Positions 39,286 through 47,460 of a stretch of DNA of 64,000 nt are shown piece by piece. Origin of the DNA: Nitrososphaerota archaeon. Lineage in GTDB: Archaea; Thermoproteota; Nitrososphaeria_A; Caldarchaeales; Caldarchaeaceae. The position numbers and the translations under genes were made by a program. The stretch's first letter is position 1. Each line of letters opens with the position of its first letter. Where the stretch lies: positions 416,001-480,000 of the forward strand of contig JBEPYN010000002.1 in the NCBI GenBank assembly GCA_041641305.1, given 5' to 3'. Under the pieces are notes generated by a model. That model was not told the origin of the DNA. It did not search any database and saw nothing but the letters and a program-made list of their open reading frames with translations.

Positions 39286-40221
39286 ATGGGCAACAACGAG
39301 AAGTGGACTCTGCCGGTGGTCTATGGAAACCGGAGGGTTCGTAGGGAGCTCATCGAGGTGCTGATGACTGTTGAAGAGTACAACGGATACACGGTGCTTT
39401 ACCTATGGTTCCACTTCCCCTACGACTGGTTTACAGCGCTAAAACCCTATGACTGGGAGCCTGTTGCAATAGCGTTCAAAGACAGCCGACCCGCCAGAAT
39501 CTTCTGGAGACCTCACTGGGCGCTTAGATGCACACGGCCTGTACTTGTGGATAAGAAGACTGTTGTCTTCTACATAAGCCCCATCAAGGGAAACGCTCCG
39601 AGATGCTCCCACTTCGATGTACTGCGGTCCATACTGGAAGACCCGTCGACCTACGGAATACCTTATCGAAAGTTCAAAGAGCTACCGCTGAAAAGCCTTC
39701 TGAAGGATGGGTGGCCGCCCGAGCACGAAGCCCGCGCCGAAAGCTTCAGAGAATACGTTCACCGAGGCCTTGAAGACATAAAAAGATGCGGGGGCGTATA
39801 CAGCGTGGTAATGGGCTTCTTCACAGACCTCCTCAGGGCCTACCTTATGGCTAGGAGGAGAAACCTCGACGGCTTCTACTATTATCTTAAGACGGCATGG
39901 GAAAACACCACAGAGAGGTTCAGGAGGAGCGGACCCGGCTACGAGATGTACAACCTACTCGTCGCCGTCAAGTACCTGCTGATGCTGCAGAAAGCGACTG
40001 GTGAAGGGCCGACGGAGCGGTTCTGGCGGGACATGGAAGGCGACCCTATCCTTCCCCCAGTGGTTAGAGCGTTGACAGGCCACATCTGGTACCCCATAGG
40101 GTTGCTGATAGCAGATGGGTATACGCCAGCCCAGCCGTTCAAAGACTTCGTTGATAAAAAATGGAGACAATGGTTCAGAGACGCCCTCAAAGCCTGCAAT
40201 AAACACGCAAACGAAGCCTAA
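39286..40221 (+). CDS. hypothetical protein
   Basis: 311 aa with a GGAGGT ribosome-binding site; LWFHFPYDW...YDWEPV block of unknown family. Confidence 0.75.
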   Translation: MGNNEKWTLPVVYGNRRVRRELIEVLMTVEEYNGYTVLYLWFHFPYDWFTALKPYDWEPVAIAFKDSRPARIFWRPHWALRCTRPVLVDKKTVVFYISPIKGNAPRCSHFDVLRSILEDPSTYGIPYRKFKELPLKSLLKDGWPPEHEARAESFREYVHRGLEDIKRCGGVYSVVMGFFTDLLRAYLMARRRNLDGFYYYLKTAWENTTERFRRSGPGYEMYNLLVAVKYLLMLQKATGEGPTERFWRDMEGDPILPPVVRALTGHIWYPIGLLIADGYTPAQPFKDFVDKKWRQWFRDALKACNKHANEA

Positions 40222-40590
40222 ACCCCCCACCTTTTTTCCAAGCCACGTGGTCCCGTCTGGGGTTTTTCCCTGGGCGGGGCCATGTGGCTCCGCTCCGGGG
40301 GAGGCTCCATGATGGGTTGCGGCGTCCAACGCCCCTGTGACAGTCCCCGAGGCGTGTGAGCGCGTAGGGGATGAGGGGCGAGGGCCTGGCCGCCTCCTCC
40401 ACGTGGAGGCCGGGGTTTGACCAAGCCCCTTTCCCTCGGGCGCCATGCAGAGGGTTTGGGAGAGGTGTGGCTGAACACCGTGTTCCTATTCCCCTCATCA
40501 GGGAGGGGTGTCGGGGCACGGCTAGTAGGCCATGCTTCCCCAAATTCCTCTGCGTGGTTGTCGGAAAAAGGGGCTGGGGAGGTGATGGAT

Positions 40591-40695
40591 ATGAAAAACT
40601 GGAAGAGGTGTTTAAAATGCGAAGAGTTGAACGACATAAACGCAGCATTCTGCCATTACTGCGGTAGAACGTTAGAAGACGCGGAGGAGGTCTAA
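40591..40695 (+). CDS. small Zn-ribbon protein (34 aa)
   Basis: CLKC...FCHYCG; GGAGGTG ribosome-binding site. Confidence 0.55.
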   Translation: MKNWKRCLKCEELNDINAAFCHYCGRTLEDAEEV

Positions 40696-41001
40696 ATGTA
40701 CCTAGTGAAGCTGCACACGGACCTTCGGGTACAACGACTCGTCTCGCGACCAGTGGAGATATTCTTTGGAGACTTGGTGACGACGATACCGAAGTCGGCT
40801 ATAGTCTGCGATGCATGCAACCAACAGGTCGCAGTCACGGAGCAGGACCTGAAAAACTTAGCGATGGGGTACGCTGTTGTAGACGGGGAATTCATCCTAG
40901 AGGTCGTATGTGAGGAATGCAGACAGCGCTACTTCGACGACATCCCGGTGTTCGACACATTAGAGGATGCCGAGGAGGTCTACGAGAAGAAGGTGAGGTG
41001 A
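40696..41001 (+). CDS. Zn-binding protein, paralog of 41004..41285
   Basis: CDAC...CEEC..R...PVFDTL. Confidence 0.7.
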   Translation: MYLVKLHTDLRVQRLVSRPVEIFFGDLVTTIPKSAIVCDACNQQVAVTEQDLKNLAMGYAVVDGEFILEVVCEECRQRYFDDIPVFDTLEDAEEVYEKKVR

Positions 41002-41003
41002 AG

Positions 41004-41285
41004 ATGGAGTTCCTAGTTTCGCTATTTACTGACAAAGAGCTCTTGAAAAAACTGCTGACCCCAAAGATTGTCATTAATGATTATGGTTACACGATTGTTC
41101 CGGCTAGGCTTGAATGCAGCCACTGTGAGCAGAAACTGCCTGTGAGGGAACCGGGAGGCTTTGCCCTCTTTGACACGGAGGGGACTCTATGGGAACTACT
41201 ATGTGAAGAGTGTAAGCAACGATTCCATTCAGGAACACCGGTTTACGAAACTTTGGACCAAGCTATTCCAAAGCAGAGGTGGTGA
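41004..41285 (+). CDS. Zn-binding protein, paralog of 40696..41001
   Basis: CSHC...CEEC..R...PVYETL; GAGGTG ribosome-binding site. Confidence 0.7.
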   Translation: MEFLVSLFTDKELLKKLLTPKIVINDYGYTIVPARLECSHCEQKLPVREPGGFALFDTEGTLWELLCEECKQRFHSGTPVYETLDQAIPKQRW

Positions 41286-41287
41286 AG

Positions 41288-43088
41288 ATGGTCAGGGTAG
41301 TGGAGCTTCGGGAGGAGACTGAGCTTCTAGAAAAACTCAAGAATCGCTTTCCACACACTAGTCTACGTAGATATCAGGCCGACATCGCTAATAGGGTCTA
41401 CGAGAGCCTTTCCAACGGCTCTAGCATTCTTCTGGAGGGCCCTACGGGGCTGGGGAAGAGGCTATGAGGAGACTGTTTATGGGGGGTGGTTGGCTGGCTG
41501 GCGTCTCCGAGCCTCCTATACAGCCCCTGTATGGGCCGCGGTGAGCGCCTACGCGGAGGAGAAAGGTCTGAGGGTTCTATGGCTCACCCGGACGGCGTCC
41601 CAAGTAGCTCACATCGCCAGCGAGATAGGATGCATGCCCATCTACGGCCGCCGGCTTCTCTGTATCCATGAGACGGTTAGCAAGGTTGAGCAGAGACGGT
41701 TCAACGCGGCTTGTAGAGTTGTACGACTATCCGGACGTTGCTCATACTATCCCGGAAGGCCTAGCCAAATAAAGGCGAAGACTGTTGGAGAGATTAAAGA
41801 TGCCGGTAGGAAGTCGGTCACATGTCCCTACGAGCTTCAGCTGACATCGATGCCATACTCGACGTCGCTGGTCGCCACCCATAAACAGTTGTCTGTAGTT
41901 TCCTGGCTTTTGGCAAAATGGCGTTGGACCCGCGAGCGAACCATCTTGGTGCTCGACGAGTTCCAGAACATCTTGAAGACTGTTCTCGACCTCTCAAAAG
42001 ACGCCATAAGCCTGGCAACGCTCCACAAGGCCGCCGCAGAGGCAGCAAGGTATGGCTTCAGGGATATTTCCAGCAGTCTTTCAGAAGCTTATCAAAGATA
42101 CAAGGCGGTTGACGTTGACGAGGCTGAGGTAGAAAACCTACTGCCCAGCTTCGAAGAGCTCTTCGAGGCGGGGCAGGAGATACAGGCTAGGAAACTTGAG
42201 GAGAATGTTGTACCCGCCAGCTATGTGTTGAGCGTCGCAGACTTTAAGGCTGCTCTCGGCCAGCAGAAGCCCCTCCTAGTCAGGGAGGGTGAACGGGTTT
42301 GGCTGGAGGCGCTAGCAGACCCACGCGAGGAGCTTGAAAAGATTCTCGAAGGCTGGAGAACGGTCATAGCTATGACGGCCACGATGGATGCGGAACTCGT
42401 TGAACGCATGGCTTCAACCCAAGTGACGCTGTTGCGAGCAGGGTGGCCCTTCGACGATAATCTGAAGGCATACATTGTCAGCGGCCTTACGACGAGATAC
42501 AGGGACAGGGATGTGGAGCTCTATGAAGATGTCCGATGGCTTATAGAACAATCTCATGGAATGAGGACTCTCGTCTTCCTACCCAGCTATGAATTTGCTT
42601 CAATGATTCAGAAGAGGCTTAGCGACGCTATCGCCGAGCAACGGGGGATGACGCAGGAACAGGTGGAAGCCACGGCCGCTGAATTCGCGGAGGGTGGAAA
42701 AACGCTTTTAGCCGTCTTCGGTGGAAGGCTGGCAGAGGGCATCAACCTCCAAGCCGACTTGGTTATGCTGGTGGGCATACCATTCGCGAAACCATCACCG
42801 CGAACAAAGAAGCTCGAGGACAAGCTTGAGAATGTCTTTGGGAGCAGTGACCTTTCCCGGCTACATGGACTAGTTTTACCGGCCCTCTTTGCCGCCGTGC
42901 AGGCCGCCGGTAGGGCTGTCAGAGGCCCCAATGATAGGGCTCTGGTCCTGCTCGTCGACGACAGATACCGCCGTTTGACAAAACACTTGCCCAGATGGTT
43001 CAGAGACTTGGTCTCAGATAAGCCGGTCAAGCTCACAGATGTTCCCATTCTATTGGATGAGTGGTTGTCATGGATGAAGAGCGTTTGA
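41288..43088 (+). CDS. XPD/Rad3/DinG-family FeS helicase, spliced: join(41288..41458,41520..43088), 579 aa
   Basis: Q motif RRYQ; Walker A GPTGLGKT is rebuilt only after intron removal; FeS cysteines (LC...C...C...CPY), DEFQN, TAT, EGIN, GIPF and QAAGRAVR. Confidence 0.9.
41459..41519 (+). other. BHB-type mRNA intron 3 (61 nt) containing a kink-turn
   Basis: GGGGCUG-GGGA-AGA-GGC pairs with GCC-UCCU-AUA-CAGCCCC; causes a frameshift and contains a TGA. Confidence 0.9.
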
Positions 43089-44512
43089 GACACGTTCTTG
43101 AACGCATCCGCAGACAGAACATCAACTACGTGAAGCTCAGAGGACTTGTCAGCCGATTCATGACTCTCAACCCCGAGGCAGACCCAGAAGCAATAGATTG
43201 GACAGCCGTCTACGATGACTCCCTAAGCTACGACGAACTCGTCGAAGCATTTGAAAAAGAGTATCCCATGTACCGGTGGCGTGAGACAGCTCCCGCAGAT
43301 GACAAACAAATCGAGGACATGCTGGTGAACCATATCCTCAACCAGGTCGAGGACCTTACAGAAGAGTCTCTCAAGTCGCTCGTCAATGCCTTGGAGGAGC
43401 GGCTGGAGGCTCTACGGCAGGCCGAAACCCCGGCATCTCCGACGGAGCAACAACCCGAACATACACAGATGCAACATCCTCAGCACCAACCGCCGACTAT
43501 GACTGAAAACATACAACAGCCAGCGCCACAGCCGAAGGTAACCCTCAAGCTTCTCGCATCCTACCCCTTCCTAGCGGAGGCTAGGGAGGTGGTTAGGGGC
43601 GTGAGCTTCGAGGGTTTACCCAGGGCGGTATACAAAAGAGCCCGGGAGAGGCTAATGGAGGCTCTCGAACGGGGAGAGCTGGGGGTTGTTCCCCGGCTCG
43701 ATGAACCGTTCGTGGAGCTTCTCTCCTTTCCCGTGGCGAAGGCCGTTGTCCACACAATCGACGACGACTGGCTGAAAAGGCGATGGGCCCTCGCAGAGTC
43801 AGCGAGGGTCGAGAGGCTTCTACTGAAGGAGAATGCGGATGTCTCAGAATGGCTCCTCTCCCGGCTACTTGAGGTCAGGCGAGAGGGAGAGGAGTATGCG
43901 CTGAGGTTCACTGATTACCTAAAGCTTGCTGAAGGCCTTACCACCGATATCTCATGGAAGCTAGTAAACCAAAAACTGCATCGAGGCTGGGTCTTCATAA
44001 CAAAGACTCGTCTCATACGACTCATCAGACAAAAACTCTACCAACTTCTCTATAACAGCTTCCAGCAGACGCCCAAACTGACAAAAATACCTCAACAAAT
44101 CGCCGAAATGGTCGCCGACATAACCGAGGAGCTCCAAAAAATCAAAGCCCGGGCAGGACGGGTCACACCCGTCAAAGGCGCAATACCGCCCTGTATGAAG
44201 ACGATTAGCGATAGGCTGGCGGACGCCAGCCACACAGAGAACTTCGTATACGCCGCCTACTTGGTCAATACGGGATACAGCATCGAGGAAATCGTTGATG
44301 TCTTTAGGAAGAGAGCTGACTTCGACGAGAGGATAGCACGGTATCAGATAGAGCATATAGCGGGGCTGAGGGGGAGCCGTGTGAAATACCGGCCACCTTC
44401 ATGCTCCCGCATGCGGGAACTCGGACTATGCATCGAGAACGGAAGACTATGCCCACCGAATATCCACAACCCACTACAATACCGACCTAGACAACAGCGA
44501 CAACCCACCTAA
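43061..44512 (+). CDS. priL: DNA primase large subunit (PriL) with N-terminal extension
   Basis: YPFL..A, RRWALAES, WKLVNQ.L..GWV, PPCM, DFDERIARYQIEHIAG and YRPPSC...GLC....C. Confidence 0.85.
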   Translation: MVVMDEERLRHVLERIRRQNINYVKLRGLVSRFMTLNPEADPEAIDWTAVYDDSLSYDELVEAFEKEYPMYRWRETAPADDKQIEDMLVNHILNQVEDLTEESLKSLVNALEERLEALRQAETPASPTEQQPEHTQMQHPQHQPPTMTENIQQPAPQPKVTLKLLASYPFLAEAREVVRGVSFEGLPRAVYKRARERLMEALERGELGVVPRLDEPFVELLSFPVAKAVVHTIDDDWLKRRWALAESARVERLLLKENADVSEWLLSRLLEVRREGEEYALRFTDYLKLAEGLTTDISWKLVNQKLHRGWVFITKTRLIRLIRQKLYQLLYNSFQQTPKLTKIPQQIAEMVADITEELQKIKARAGRVTPVKGAIPPCMKTISDRLADASHTENFVYAAYLVNTGYSIEEIVDVFRKRADFDERIARYQIEHIAGLRGSRVKYRPPSCSRMRELGLCIENGRLCPPNIHNPLQYRPRQQRQPT

Positions 44513-44667
44513 ACACCCCCTATTTTTTCTTTCCCCGATAGGAGGCCCTTTCCGCCGCTCTCCGGCGGGAGGGGTTCCTCCTGTCGGGGAGAGGTGGACT
44601 CAGGCCTCCCGGGAAAGCCATGACATTAAGTCATGGTACCGGACCCGGCCACCGGGGTAAAGGTGGC

Positions 44668-45066
44668 ATGGACTCGTCTCCCGAGAGGCTGTTTGATGAC
44701 TCGGGAGCGCCCGCGGTTCCAAGGCCCGCCGCGGGCGACAAGTGCCAGGGCCTGAGTTCGGGGGGTGGTTCGACTTATGAGCGTCTGCTGGAGCGCTACG
44801 GCGGCTTCTTCGAGGAGCTTGGCTATGGTTGTCTCGCCAGCTTTAAGCATCTGATTGAGCAAGTGGAGGTGACTATCGATACGGCGACATCTAATGATGT
44901 CAACCTGTTTGCTAAGCTCCATGTGCTAAAGTCTGCGAGGGCCTCGGTAGAAGTATTTACGGAGTATTATAGTCGATTCCTGCCACCTACTGTCGTCAAT
45001 AACCTGCGAGCTGACCTGACATTTCTGCTTGAGCGTGCTGAGGAGGTGGTGTTGACTTTTGGCTGA
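44668..45066 (+). CDS. hypothetical helical protein (start uncertain)
   Basis: Protein-like from about 44770 (TYERLLERYGGFFEELGY...); the upstream part lies in a hairpin cassette. Confidence 0.5.
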   Translation: MDSSPERLFDDSGAPAVPRPAAGDKCQGLSSGGGSTYERLLERYGGFFEELGYGCLASFKHLIEQVEVTIDTATSNDVNLFAKLHVLKSARASVEVFTEYYSRFLPPTVVNNLRADLTFLLERAEEVVLTFG

Positions 45067-45970
45067 ATTCATAGACCCCACCATTCTGAAAGGGTGGTGG
45101 GGTTCCGAGGAATACCAGAGGCTGTTATCCTTCGAGCCGGAAAATGCAGGTGACTACTATCGGTTACCATTCGCCAAATACAACGAGCTCTTTCCGTTCA
45201 TCAAAGTCAAGATTGAGCACCCTGCAGTGATGAACCCATACTTGGCGATTTTCCTTTGGCGGCGTTACGTAAAACCAAATGATGTAATAATCGACCCTAT
45301 GGCTGGGATAGGGGGTACACCCGATATGTAGGGGCCCAGCTTTATCCCAGCCATAGCCTGCAGATTGACCAATGATAACCACTTAATCCTCAACGATATT
45401 GAGTCGACTTACGCCAGACTCTCTGAGGAGCTTCTTTCGGAGATGCTGGTCGTTACTAATCACAGCACCCTGCTGGACGTCTACAACGTAAACGCTGCCT
45501 CTCTTTATGAACTTCTTAGACCAAGAGGACTTGCTGGAGGCGTACGGAGGAGGGTTATTATTACCTCTCCTCCGTATGGCCTCCTCAGGCCCTGTGATAG
45601 CTTCAGCCCGAGGTTTGGCAGACTGACGGTAACTTCCGCCGGTAACCTTAGCGTGATAACCGGTAAACACTTTAGGGCGGCTTGGCTGGGCGTGCTGACT
45701 TCGATGTATCTCTGTCTCAACCAGTTCCATAGAAACCGTGACTTGGCTGTGATTGTCCTCAAAAACTTCAAGAATAACAATGTGGAAAAGGCTGTTGGAA
45801 AAAACCTCGTCAATTTAACGGTTGAACTCGCGGAGTTCGTTGGATTCAAACATCTCGAGACGCTGAAGTTCAAGATTTCAGGCAGCCACTTCGCCAGATA
45901 CCACGACATCAAGCAACATGTCCATGACCTCTGGCACGAATATGCGCTGGTCTTCCGCAAGGTGGTGTAG
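45059..45970 (+). CDS. amino (N4-C/N6-A) DNA methyltransferase, spliced: join(45059..45318,45340..45970), 296 aa
   Basis: HPAVM, motif I IIDPMAGIGGTF (rebuilt by splicing), NDIE, motif IV ITSPPY and HEYALVFRK. Confidence 0.85.
45319..45339 (+). other. BHB-type mRNA intron 4 (21 nt)
   Basis: 14-bp perfect exon-exon stem CUAUGGCUGGGAUA/UAUCCCAGCCAUAG plus two G-U pairs, helix GGGU/GCCC, bulges ACA/AGC; contains an in-frame TAG. Confidence 0.9.
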
Positions 45971-46819
45971 ATGAGGATTTTCGCTGATGTTCATAGGAAA
46001 AAGGATGACAGCGGCTACCGCATCACATATACAACTGACGGCGAAGTCTTTAAACACGTTGATTCTCCGATGGACATCCCCGCGCAGGCAGGAGACGAGG
46101 TATTCGTTGACACTATACCGATAATCCACACCGACGCATTCATAGAGCTACTGAGGAGAGGTGTAGAGGTCTATTATCTACGAAGACTCTCACTTATTGA
46201 AAAGACAAGACAGAGACTGGGGATACCGAAGTCAGCCAAAAATGACGTAAAAATTCTGATGAACATTGAGAAGAAATGGTTCAAGAGAGTTGACGAGGAC
46301 TTCTTGAGCATGCGTCAGATTATTTCGGCGTTTAGGAGATTGGATAGAGACAAACAGAGGTTGGAGAACCAGTCTAAGGACGTGCCGGAGATTACAAAGG
46401 AAAGCTTCAGGAGGCTCATAGACCATACAGAGGAGGAGAAGTTGGTAATAGCCAAACCAATAGTAGAAGAAGCAGAGAAGAGGCTTTCGTTATTTAGAGT
46501 AGTAGCGCAGGAGCTGGGTGTTGCAGACGATAATCATTCGATGGGAAGAGAGGCACTGGCCGAACTACTGACATACGTAGACTTCAGCAAATCCTTCAGA
46601 AAAGTCAGAGAGTATCTCGGACTCTTCAGAAACCCGAAGACCAAAAACATGAGATACAGCCACAGTTCTAGGAAGGCGTTGAACCGTCTAACAATGTCGC
46701 TGACGGGCAGAGAGCCAAAAGCAGAAGACGAGGAAACAATAGCTTTCAAGATATGGCTGACGTTCCGACGGGAAAACCAAAAGAGGCTGGCGGGCATACC
46801 GGCCCAACAACAGGGATAA
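45971..46819 (+). CDS. short IS110-related protein (RuvC-like DEDD domain, coiled coil, Nop/Tnp-like C-terminus)
   Basis: IFADVH (D6), VFVDT (D47), KSAKND in place of KTDxxD, LRQ-like MRQ...R.L......LEN coiled coil, and FRKVREYLGL. No serine loop seen after YLGL. Confidence 0.65.
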   Translation: MRIFADVHRKKDDSGYRITYTTDGEVFKHVDSPMDIPAQAGDEVFVDTIPIIHTDAFIELLRRGVEVYYLRRLSLIEKTRQRLGIPKSAKNDVKILMNIEKKWFKRVDEDFLSMRQIISAFRRLDRDKQRLENQSKDVPEITKESFRRLIDHTEEEKLVIAKPIVEEAEKRLSLFRVVAQELGVADDNHSMGREALAELLTYVDFSKSFRKVREYLGLFRNPKTKNMRYSHSSRKALNRLTMSLTGREPKAEDEETIAFKIWLTFRRENQKRLAGIPAQQQG

Positions 46820-46910
46820 AACCCATAGGCCGGTATGTCATGTTATAAAACGAACTGGCTCTCTTGCCAGTTATGTCCCAACCTTTAACGACCGGCCTCT
46901 TTTTGGGTTT
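46819..46910 (+). ncRNA. putative dual-guide RNA (bridge-RNA/tigRNA-like loop)
   Basis: Stem AGGCCGGT/ACCGGCCT encloses ATGTC-N9-AACG, hairpin AACTGGC/GCCAGTT, then a second ATGTC-N9-AACG; lies directly after the stop codon of the IS110-like gene. Confidence 0.6.
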
Positions 46911-47017
46911 CCTAGGTGTTGTTTGGTGGTTGCCTGCCAGCCAACCATCCCCCTATTTTTCCCTTCTTTTTGTGATGTTTTTTGTTTATATCATGGGTGT
47001 GGGGTGTTTTCGGGGGT

Positions 47018-47460
47018 ATGGTCTCTGAGCTTGGTTATGGTGGGTTTGTTGCGGAGGTGTTGAGTGGGCTTGGTGTGGGGTTGGGTGATGAGGTTGAGGT
47101 TGTGAGAAATGGGCTGCGGCTCCGCGGGTTTGTGATTGCGCGTTACGAGTATGGGGCGCCTGATGTTCTGGTTTTGAAGCTTTCGAACGGCTACAACATA
47201 GGTGTGCGCATCGATGCCTCTACACAGATACGTAAGCTCTCCTCAGCCGTCGCGCCATCTTTCAACCCACCTCCACCCGCCCAGCCTCGGGAAAACCTGC
47301 CCCGCGTCATGATTGCCAACACAGGCGGCACCATAGCCAGCAGAATAGACTACAGGACAGGAGGAGTTAAACCCACTCTCACTGCATCGGACCTCGTCAG
47401 CATAGTTCCCGAAATCGCGGAGAAAGCAAACGTCTCAACCGAGATTCTGATGCAGGTTGT
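47018..47460 (+). pseudogene. gatD: truncated Glu-tRNA(Gln) amidotransferase subunit D (N-terminal part)
   Basis: VLKLSNGYNIGV and TGGTIASRIDYRTGGV...DL...VPEI; similarity stops at about 47458. Confidence 0.8.

Noticed and set aside
44609-44645. Fifth BHB intron upstream of the 44668..45066 ORF
   Set aside because: A relaxed CCGG/CCGG helix with bulges can be drawn, but both flanking helices are mismatched and splicing from GTG 44594 does not enter the frame of the downstream ORF.
36858-45339. Reading the four broken genes as pseudogenes, sequencing errors or MITE insertions
   Set aside because: The breaks are discrete inserts with exact BHB geometry, share no terminal sequence and show no consistent target duplication; the exons have no other lesions.
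45971-46910. Ordinary active IS110 element
   Set aside because: The protein is short, one DEDD position is Ala, no serine loop is evident, only one guide-like loop is visible, and I could not define element ends.
1-47000. att sites or integrase defining the element
   Set aside because: No tyrosine or serine recombinase and no duplicated tRNA end was recognisable, so the boundaries remain inferred.
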